In this document: positions 48,372 to 58,900 of the stretch, piece after piece
Numbering within the stretch: the stretch's first letter is position 1
Layout of the letters: each line of letters opens with the position of its first letter
NCBI GenBank assembly: GCA_905178155.1
Contig: CAJINV010000015.1
Coordinates: 1,403,440 to 1,467,439, forward strand
Length of the DNA stretch: 64,000 nt
Direction: 5' to 3'
Origin: Amoebophrya sp. A120
Lineage: Eukaryota; Protista; Dinoflagellata
Translations under genes and position numbers: made by a program
The notes under the pieces: model-generated
The model's database searches: none
Seen by the model: the letters and a program-made list of their open reading frames with translations, nothing else
Told to the model about the DNA's origin: nothing

Positions 48372-51300
48372 GTAGAACGCGCAAAGCGGAAGAATGGAGA
48401 AATCAAACGAAAATAGACAGTGAAAAACGAAGATTGAAAGGAACGATGTTTGTCTGGGTGAGTCGGACCATGGAAAATTTAAATTTTGAAAAAGAACGGG
48501 CCGCAGCAGGAGTAGAGAACAGGAAAGAAATTCCTTTCCCGCAAGATGAACATCACCACGCGCTTCGCTTCGACCCTCTTCATCCAGCAACAAAATGCAA
48601 CTGCAACGGAGTTTTTGGAGGTGCGTACAACTATCTGGTGTCGACGGCATTTTTAGTACCGGCATGTTGGAATAAGTCGGTTTCTAGTTTCAAGTTTCTC
48701 AGACGGGTTTCGGACCACTTTCCGCCTTCACATCACTTAGGTTACGAACTGCCAGAAATGGTAAAGAAGACGTCATCGAACTAGCAGGAGCGGGGTTCCC
48801 GGCCACTATTCCAATTGCCAACGCTGAAGAAAGTGCAGAATGAAGGAGGTTGTGACGTCGGTTCATTTAATGTTACACAACTGCGGAAGATGTTACAAGT
48901 TCAACGATGAAGGCGTGCAAAAATTTTTCCAGAAAATACAGAACAACCACGTCATCTTTTGGAAACGAAATCTGAAGACCACGCCACGAACAGCACAAAC
49001 GATGAGTAGAACGAGTTGAAGTCACGAGTAAAAAGTAAAAAAACCAAATCTAACGGACGATTGATCATCTTCACACGACGAAATAACAACAGTACATAAT
49101 CCATTGGACAAGAAGGAGGCTTGGGACGAGGGAAACAACTGCTAGGTGTATCGAGCCGAAGCGTCGTAGTGTCTCACATCACAAGTTCCTTTTACAAGTC
49201 TTTCAGTAGTATAGACACATGGCGATGTAGTTGTTAGCAGAAGGAAGTAGTGCAACGAACTATCCAACACCACCTTTTCGACTTGTTTTACAGCTTGGCA
49301 CTGCTGCTCGCAAGCGGCACATTCTTGCTTGGAAGCTAAAGTCTGGTATTAACCCAAGAACACACGGCTCGGAGGATGAATTAGCACAGGCTACAACGAA
49401 CAATGAAAAATTGACGAAGGGGAAGATTATATCAAAAAGACTTCGCTATCGCTGTCTTCTATGTCTACCAAGGGAAAGTTGTTTTGGGTCTAGTCTTTTG
49501 CCTGGGCGGCGGTAGTACTACAGAACTATATGTTTTTTTTTGGTTTTTTTTGCCTAAGCCTATACTGTAGCTGTACTTATGGATGAAGATTCCGATGAAG
49601 TTTTGGAATAATTCGCCTTTGTTTGTTTGTGTAGCATTATCATCTGCGAGGATGAAAGGTACATGTCGGAATAGCCACGACATCACATCTTCAAATTCTT
49701 TAGTCTTACGAGAAGCTAAGGAAAAGATCGGGAATAAACCTCCAAAGTCATCGGCTCTAGGTCTTTTTCCAGATTTTTTTGAAGTCAAATCGAAGGGTAA
49801 GAACGATCCACAGACCGGCACTTTATCTGTAGTTTTATGTTTCTTTGGTAGTCTTGTTTCGCTCTTCCGTTTGAGTTTTTCACAAAAGAGCTTATCCAGC
49901 TTGCGATGTCATAATTGCATCGCAGTGGCGGATAGCTCTGTTTTCTGATCAGATAACTAGTACTACTAAATTGGGAATAAAAAACTATCCTTTTCCACTT
50001 CAGTTCTCGTTGTACCTTTTCTTCTGCTAAACAATTTTTTTCGAGTTATAATTTTTTCAAGACAAAATCGATGACGAAGTACTTCTAATCACACCTAGTA
50101 GTACATATGACTATGGCTTCATCTTAAATTCTATGTTCATCGTTGCCTCAATTTTTCTCTCTTGGCAACTCGTGCACGCATTGATTTTTACCACCTATCA
50201 GACAAAAAGAACTCTAAAAATGTATACAGCACATCAACTTCAGCAAGAAGTCCTATTTTTTTCTTCGGTACTTCTTTTATCATTTTTTTCTTATTCTTTC
50301 ACAGCAGCAGACCAGGATCGCGATTCCGATCTAGGTCTATGCTGTCTCTCGTCTGCCAAAATGACAAACAGTTTGATCGCTACAGCTATGAAAAATATAC
50401 AACTTGTTTTGGGATTACTTTGCCTCGGAAATTTGATGTCTTGTTGCCGAGAACAAATCTATTGAAATTCAGCAGTTTAGTACTAGTACAACTTCTCAAA
50501 AATTTATCAAGTTTCGAAAATTATTTCTACACTTTATGAATACTTCGATACCGTACAGGAAGCAACACAAAGACTCGGTGCTGCGATTCAATCATCCCAG
50601 AATTGCGGACGGAGGAAAATAGAAACGATCTTCTACTAGTACTGATTTCATCTCTACTCGAGTTTTATTTCGTGTCGAGTTGTTTCCAGATGATAATGAT
50701 TGAAGGCTCTGTTGTAGCTAGTACCCTTTTTCCACCTATGGCGTTTAGTGCCGTCACTTTGAAGACGTTTGACCCCCAAATTTGATCTTTTCTGTTGAAA
50801 CTGTAGTTTACGATGTAGTTCTACGACGGAAAGAATAAATTGATTGCTACATCAACACCCAGCAAAGGTCGAGTTCTTTGCCTTCGATTGCCTTTGATGC
50901 CACTCTAGTCGTGTATTTTCATGTATTAATTGCGGGAGTCGCAGAAAAATGGAAAGACGTACTGACACATCAGCACACAGTGATTGATTCTGATGTTGCC
51001 TGGCTTCTTTGAGAGTTGCAGCGCGTTCGAAATAATTCCGCGACCAGTTTCTGTTTTATATATCAATCTTCCTTTTCTATTTCTTCTGGTTCTGTCAGAG
51101 ATCACGATAACACCTTGGATCATCTCCACCTCGAGGGCGTCTTCGCTGCGGATAAGTTTCTGCTTCAAACACCTGCAGTCGTTTTTCCCAATGGGTTATT
51201 TTTTGCTGACCGGTGCTACTGCCAGACCCTGACCTCTGTTTTTCGCGCCGTGAAGCTGCAAGACCGCATCCGGAATCCGTTTTCTTAATCAGTTTATTTA

Positions 51301-51423
51301 TTATGTTCGTCGTTCATATTTGGTACTCGTACTAATACCATACTTTAGACAAGTAAAAACACAACTGGATCTGGAGATCATCTCGATCTATTACTATAGA
51401 CTCACTCGAACACAAGCATCAAG

Positions 51424-53036
51424 ATGGCCTCTTCCTCCTCCTCCTCCCCCGCCTCAAGTCAGAAGAAGATCGCACTGGGCATCGTCTCCGGCGGTTCAGG
51501 ATGTGCTTGCGCAGGCTTCGTCACTAACCCGTGCGACGTGGTGAAGATACGGAACCAGCAGTACTCCCAACTCGCAAAATACAAAACCTTTTCCCAAACA
51601 TTCAAAAGCATTTTCGCTGAAGAAGGAATGCGCGGGTTTCTGAAGGGGGTGAAGCCCACGGTCCTGCGAGAAGCGACGTATTCTGGTGTCCGCATGGGGA
51701 TCTACGAGCCGATAAAAAAGGTCATGGACACGATTTTTCTCGGCAGCGGGGGTGCTGGTGGAACAGCAGCAGCAGGACCAGGAGGCCGATCACCTCCCCC
51801 CTCCTCCTCAGTCCTGACAAAATGGTCGTCCGCCTTCCTCGCAGGCGCAATTGGGTCCGCGATGTTTACTCCGCTGGATCTGGTGAAGGTGCGGTTTCAG
51901 TCGCAACTCCCCTCCGAACCGGTCCCGTATAACAACAGCGTTCTGACCGCTTTCCGGACCATAGTCGCCGAGAGGAATAACTCCATTTTGGGTTTGTACC
52001 AGGGCGTCGTCCCCACGGTAATAAGAGCGGCGTTCTTGACCTCGGCACAGCTCGGGACGTATGACGTGGTGAAAAACGATCTGCTGTTGAAATACTACTT
52101 CGAACCCAAGGACAAAGACAGCAAAACGGTCCACTTTGCGGCGTCTTTGATCACCTCCGTCGTCGCCTGCACCGCGAGCAATCCCGCAGACGTGATCAAA
52201 ACCAGAGTGATGAACGCGAAAAAGGGCGGTATGAGCAAGGTGGCCACGGGAGTGGTTATCAAATGTAAAAATGTCTGGGTCTGGATGATTGCAACTTGTC
52301 ATGCTAAATCTGAATCATGTAAAAATCTGTGTTGCATGATTACCAAAAGTTGTCCACTTTTGACCTAATCGAGAGGCAGTTTCTCATGCAGAATAGGCAT
52401 GATGGAACTCTCACAGAATCTGTCATGCTATGTCCTACATACCAAACCTCATGGGTCATGGAAAATATGCATGACAAACTTGGCACTTTTCCAGACCCAG
52501 ACATTTTTGCATTTGATAGTGGTTGCTGGTGGACTACACTCTACTTCACAGTCTTCATCTACTGTATCGTCCGGAGCAGCGGGAGCGTCGGTAGCGTCGA
52601 ACACTTCGACACTGCACCATGTCATATGCATTGCAAAAGTGATGTCTGGGTCTGGAAGAATGCAGGAGTTTGTCATGCAGATTTTGCATGACCCATGAGG
52701 TCTGTGATGCATGCCCTAGCATCAGAGATTTTGCGAGTGCTATCTGATGTTCATACCGCATGAGAAATGCCCTCTCCGCGTAGCACAAAATACACCTCTT
52801 TTGCTGTTCATGCAATACAGATTTTATGTAGAGTCCAGAGGTAGCATCACAAGTTCCAGTCTTCCAGACCCAGACATATTTGCAATCCATATGTCGTGCA
52901 GTTGTACAAATCCGAGGGGTTGCTCGGCTTTCTCAATGGGTGGAAGGCGAGTTACTGCAGACTGGGACCACACACGATCATTTCCTTCGTGCTCATTGAG
53001 AAAATTAGGTTGGCGATGGGGCTGAATACCGTGTGA
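51424..53036 (+). CDS. Mitochondrial carrier (SLC25; dicarboxylate/oxoglutarate/UCP-like), ~357 aa, 3 exons
   Basis: Three PxDxxKxR motifs (PCDVVKIR, PLDLVKVR, PADVIKTR); last exon gives EGLLGFLNGWKASYCRLGPHTIISFVLIEKIR after removing two introners. Confidence 0.93.
52257..52518. mobile_element. Introner family A
   Basis: Family A TIR; DR gtggt. Confidence 0.92.
52625..52891. mobile_element. Introner family A
   Basis: Family A TIR; DR tgtca/tgtcg. Confidence 0.92.
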
Positions 53037-53366
53037 TGGTGTTGGTTTTGGGATGGTGGCGGTGCGTTTGGTGTGGAAGGAGTGGCGCTTTTGTTGATCC
53101 AGTGTCATGATCTCGCCAGATTGAGATCCAACAGCAGAGCTTCAATGTGACAAACTTGTACACTCCACCCAACAGCGACAGCATCTTTTGACAGGAGGAA
53201 CTATGGCTACAACTTTCTTACACTCGAAGCAATGCAAGTACAAAGACATCAAACTATACAACTGTTAGACAGTAGTTTTTACACGTTCGACGTCACGCAC
53301 CAAGCCCGTGCGCAGTTGTATTTTATCCCGGGGAGAAGTGTTCGGCTTGGGAAAGTAGTGGGGCAC

Positions 53367-55861
53367 TTTTATCACATCCGCTGACGGTCGTTGCGGTCTT
53401 GGATTTTTTTACGTCCAGCACTACTTCGTTTCCAGCTGCGCGGCGCGTGTTTACTTTGCGAGAGCATAAATCTACGGGCGCGCCTGGCTGTGCTTTCTCG
53501 TGTCGCAAGGGAAAAAGGCCGCGCCGGGTGTGCTCTCTCGCGCCAAACTTGTAGAGCGTGCCGCGCGACCTCTTTAACCCCGCGCCATGGCCCGCCATTG
53601 GCAAGCCGTCCCGCGACAACGCCGGGGGCATTGCGGGGGTTTTCTTCGGCGAGGCGGCAAATACCGGACCGAGCAGCTGAAGACACTCGATCTGGGGCGA
53701 CCGCTTGGCGCGTCTGGCCGCCGCCGGCGCGGAATGGATCTACCGGACACTCCAGGGGGCGCAGGCTGATGAGGAGGAAACAGCGCGGGCACACAGGGCC
53801 CCGCTACCTGAACTGGATGCGCCTCCGAGGGGGGAGCGCTGCCACCCGGGCCTTTTGCGATGCGAAGCGGCCCGGGAAGTAGCCCGGCGCCGGGACAGAA
53901 GCGCCCGGGGCCTTTGTTTGGGCCCCTGAACTGATTGGTGTGCTCGTGCTGCTTCAGAGTCGGAGAGCCCAACCAGGATCACATAAAGAAAGAGCGCAGC
54001 CGTGAAGCTTTGCCGCCGTGCGCTTCGGGCCTGGCCTGCGTGCGCCCGGACGGCAACGCGCGCGCGCAGCGCTGCGAATGGTGGCCGATGGCCTTCGGCG
54101 GCTGGCGGGCGGGGGGGCGGGCCGGCGCTTCGGTTGGGCGCCCCGGGCGCCGGCGTTCCTATTGTTATGGCGGAGGTGCCCTGTGGAATGCCCTGCCGGG
54201 TGCCGGGCTTGCGGCGCTTTTTTCGCCAGCAAGGGGGCTGCGCCCTGGCAAAGGCCAGAAGGCGCGCCCGCGACACTGCGCGGCCAGGGGGCTAAGTCGT
54301 GCGCGCCAATGAAGAGGACGGCCCGCCTGGGGCCTTCCTAGATCATTCCGCGACGCTTGGCAACGAAAGAGAACTGCCGGGCGCCTGCCAGTGTCGGTTG
54401 TGCTCCAGCAGAAAGAAAGTCGAGCAAAGTGGGAAAGCCACGGAACGCAAGACAAAGCCGAGAAGGTAGCGCAGGCAGTTCCGCGCTGCGCTTTCGTACA
54501 CGCGGGGAGATGCCTGCCGCGATGTCGCAAGTGGCTTGGCCCTGGCTGCCTGCGAAGCTGCGCACTCACTCGCCGGGCCCCCCGCCGGGGGGGGGGGGCA
54601 GCGAGCTACTCGGGGGGGCAGCCCGCCGGTCGTAAGACTTCGCCGCGTTGCGCGCAGAAACTATTGGCGGCGAGACTGTGGCGCTGCTTCGGCGGGGGGC
54701 TCTTATGCAGCAGAAAGGGAGCGCCTCTGGCGGGATGCTGACAGCGGAGGAGATGCGATCGCGCGGAAAACCCCCCCCCGCCACGGCAGGCGTGGAAACG
54801 TGTAGCATTGGCGGCGGCAGCCCAGCCCTGTCGCCGGGGCGTTGCGCCTCGCCCGCGCGCTAGCGCTTCCTTGCCTTCGGCCGGGGCGCCCTGAATAAAT
54901 TCGCGCGGCGGCGCCGCCTGATTTTCCCGAGCGACCAGGGCCGCGCCGTGCGGCGTGGGCTACCTGATTCGAATGATCGGCCGGCCCCCTCGTGGGTCGA
55001 TCCATCGTGCCGCGCCTTCGGGGCGGCTCGTCGCCGCTTGGCGCGTGTGCCTGTCGCCCCAGGCTGCGGAAGCGAGATGGCAACGGCTGGGAGGTCGTCT
55101 GCAACTTCGTAAAGGATGTATTGGGATTCGAGCGCTTGCTTTCTTTGGAGCATAGATACTTCTGGTTTTTCAGCGCGTGCTGCGCTGAAGGAACTGAGTT
55201 GATGTGTGTTCCCAGCATTGATTCCAGCGCTTTCTTTTCCTCGTCACAGGCTACCTGCGCCGCGATTTGTAGTAGTTTCCAGGAGCACGAGCGCCATGCA
55301 CTGTTTTCCATGTTTCGTCGTTTTAAATTTAAATTTCGCATCGTATTGCTACTTCTTGCTCGAATGGGGTTGTCGCAGTTCAGGGATCGTTGTCTGCGAA
55401 AAAGGTCCCGTCGCTGTGATTACCGCCTAAGAACAGAGTTTCCATTTCTATGTTCTCAATCGTGTCGGAAGAACCAATTGAGTCGTTGACGGAGTTATAT
55501 TACGTATTGGCGCGCTCCTTCGTCTTAGGACAAAGTCCAACTCTGCTGCCGTCGTGATCGTTAGACTTCAGTACTTTCTCGTATGAACAATTGTGGCGCA
55601 TTTCGTACCTTCGTCGGGGTCGGTAAGATATTGATATTACTCTGCCGTGGTCTCGCTGCAAGAAAATCCATCGTTTCAAGAACATACATTGCAGGCGTTT
55701 TTTTTTTTGAATGCACTAAATTGCATCGAGTCGGCTATCTGATAACCAAGTCCCCTTAGTAAATCTTTGCATTTTACAGGAAAGAAGGATATTGCCGGCT
55801 CTATTTGCAGCACAAGTGGAATCTGCGGCGGGGATTTTTATCACATCCCTCGACGGTCGTT
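53367..55861. other. GC-rich intergenic island bracketed by a ~26-bp imperfect direct repeat
   Basis: ttttatcacatccgctgacggtcgtt at 53367 and ttttatcacatccctcgacggtcgtt at 55836. Confidence 0.5.
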
Positions 55862-55984
55862 CAAGTCATCTTGCTCGTGTCGTAAGACTAAGAACTAGTA
55901 CACTCGCTGCTCAGTAAAAACTATCAAAACGCAGTATACAAGAAATTACAACCTCCAGTCGAATTATTTTACCAAAATCACAAA

Positions 55985-58900
55985 ATGTCGGCCGCTGCTC
56001 CTCTTTACAAAAGAAGACTTCCCTTCCTGCTCCTCGCAGCGAGCAGTACGACAAAAACTCGCTTTGCCTCCGCCTACGAGAAGTTTCGGTATACGGAGTC
56101 GGAATCAACCTCCACCAAGGAAGGCAAGGAAAATCTGGACTCGATAAAGATCATTTCCGGACCGGTGTCAGGCGGTCCGGACGGCCTCGGGCTGCCGAAG
56201 GAGATTCAGGATCTGCTGGCCTCCGGCGCCCACCCGGGGCACCTGACCATCCGCATGACGCCCATAAACAGTCCGGACGGCGGGGGCCAGAAAGACATCG
56301 GCACGGTCGAGGAGATGCAGAAACTGTTGCCGAAAGTCGGGTCCGGCAACGGTCCGTCCGGGCTGCCCAGGGACCTGGAGGAGCTGCTCAGCGGGCCGCC
56401 ATATGCATTGCAAATATGTCTGGGTCTGGAAGAGTGCAGGTTTGTCATGCTTGTCTGGCATGTGTGAAGAGAAGAGTCTGTGACGCGTATCCAAGAAGAG
56501 ACCCTCTTGCTTGTCATGCAAAAGCGCAGTTTTTCATGCGGAAAGCGCAACACTAAGCAGCGCAGATATTAATTTCTCATGCTTGGCTGTGCAATACAGA
56601 GCATTCACTATTCCTAACCCAGCATTACAAGTTTCCAGACCCAGACATATTTGCATTGCATACGCCAACGGTGCGCCTCGTGCCGCTAGGGAGTGGCCCA
56701 CCGGGAGGGGACATGATCGACGAAATTTTGAAGGAATTGGACAGCAACATCGCCGGGACAATGGTATATTACTACAAACATGGCTTTTTCACTTTCCAAT
56801 GAACTACTCTCGTACTTGTGAAAGTAGTCTGGATGACACCACAGACGTCGTGTAGAACGGCACCGTGATCTGCTCTGCTGCATGACGAACTCCAATATTA
56901 ATTCTCTTCCTCGCAAAAAGTACACGTTTTTTTATCAGAACAACATGCTGGGCCTTGGGCATCCGAAGAAGCACCCGTGCGACGCGATTTTGGAAAAGGT
57001 CTGCCCCGATGTGCAGCGTTCGGAAACGCAAAAGTCCATCCACTGCCTGGCCGAGCACCGAGAGAGCAATTCCCCCGAGTGCGAAAACACGATCAAGAAT
57101 TCCCTGCCGTACCTATCATATGTAAAAACGTCCCCACCCCATAGTCAAGTTGGGAACTTAGCAACACAAATCCAGAAGTTTTGGGAGCCACGCATGACAA
57201 GTTGCAATCTGTTGTGGTGTAGTGCATGTGTATCAGTTCAACTGGTCCCGCGGTTCAACAATGTACCTACCAGTTCAATAGCGCCCCGGGGCCTAAATAT
57301 TCTAGAACAAACAGGGCATTTGATATGCTCAGCGCCAAAAAAATATGCGGGTGGGGGAAGAAGTAGGGGGGGCGTTCCTGACCCAAAGGTACGCTCCTGA
57401 TCTCTCTGGTACTTACTCGACCCGGGGGGTCAGGTATTACCTGACCCCCGGTTCGGGTCTGTACCTGCAATGCCGCAGCGCCGTCGTTTTAGATGGTGCT
57501 GCGGCACAGCATCGCGCACCGTGATGGGAACCACAGGCCTCAAGTCTGTCACTACAGAAAAAAGCAGCCACGACTGCGATCGGTCCTAGCGTTCGCCCGT
57601 TTTCTGTTTGAAACCAGTGCCACGCGCACAGCTTCAGTCTTCGCGTGCCCATTCATCGGAAGCACCGTTCCGAAATCGTGTGGCCGCCAGCCGTCCCACC
57701 GTAACCCCACAAACCAAAATCGCGCGCGCGCGCGCCAAAAGAGTCGCTTGCGCCTGTCGTGGGCCTTCGTGCCTCACAAACCAAAATCGCGCGCGCGCGC
57801 GCCAAAAGAGTCGCTTGCGCCTGCCGTGTGGCCCTTCTGCTTCTTTGATCGCGCGCCGCGTCCCGGTGTGGGCTCCGCCGTTCCTTGGTGCTCGCCTCCT
57901 TTGTTGCGCCTCCTCGCGGGCCGCTTTTTCTGTCAGTCTTTTTCTTTTTTTTTTGCTCTTTTGCAGCTTTCTTACTACTTTTTTTGGCCCACCTCAGGCA
58001 TTTCGTTTTTTTTCAATTCGGCGCTCCACCTGTACACGTCGGCGCAGCACTGTTTCTGCGCACTTAGTGTTGCTCCAACCTTCTCCCGTGCGCATACTTT
58101 TTGCGCCATATGGTTCCCGCAAGATATGCTCTGCCGCTCATCGAGATTGCTTTCAACCTTTTCCCGCTCTTTTTTTTTGGGATTTGCTACGAGAACTAGT
58201 ACTATGTATGGTTCTGCTCTTTTTCGTATGCCCGGAACCTTCGCGAACTAGTTCGCGAACTGGGGTACACTCTCGAACCGATTCACATGGCAAATTTTCT
58301 CAGCATGAGAAAGAAAATTTGTAATGGGGATTTAAGCTGAGAAAGAAATTTGTAATGCATGTGTATCAGTTCAACAGGGCCCGCGGTTCAACAATGTACC
58401 TACCAGCTCAATACCGCCCCGGGGCCTAAATATCCTAGAACAAACAGGCCATTTGATATGCTCGGCGCCAAAAAAATATGCAGGTGGAGGAAGGAGTAGG
58501 GGGGGCGTTCCTGACCCAAAGGCACGCTCCTGATCTCAGTGGTACTTAGTCGACCCGGGGGGGCAGGTATTACCTGGCCCCCGGTTCGGGTCTGTGCCTG
58601 CAATGCCGCAGCGAAGTCGTTTTAGATGGTGCTGCAGCACAGCTGCGCGCACCGTGATGGGCGCCAAAGGCCCCAAGTCTGTCACTACAGAAAACAGTAG
58701 CCATGACTGCGATCGGCCCTAGTGTTCGACCGCTTTCTGTTTGAAACCAGCGCCGCGCGCACAGCTTCGGTCTTCGTGCGCCCATTGATCGGAAGCAGCG
58801 TCCCTAAATCCTACGGCCGGCAGCCGTGCCACCGTAAACAATAGTCGCGCAGCGCTTCGCGCCTCACAAACCAAAATCGCGCGCGCGCGCGCCAAAATAC

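Noticed and set aside
2811-50912. tagtcgtg as a promoter motif (near 2812, 6086 and 50906)
   Set aside because: Too short, too few copies and variable distance to start codons
48400-51400. Short ORFs in AT-rich DNA
   Set aside because: No recognisable domains and intergenic-like composition; probably UTR or intergenic
1113-56662. Recurrent short ORFs with FQTQTFLHLI, KCKNVWVWK or PDPDIF motifs as a protein family
   Set aside because: They are translations of the family A TIR in different frames and strands
1113-56662. CRISPR-like array from the recurring ~30-bp repeat
   Set aside because: The repeats are dispersed inverted pairs about 250 bp apart with TSDs; the context is eukaryotic and there are no cas genes
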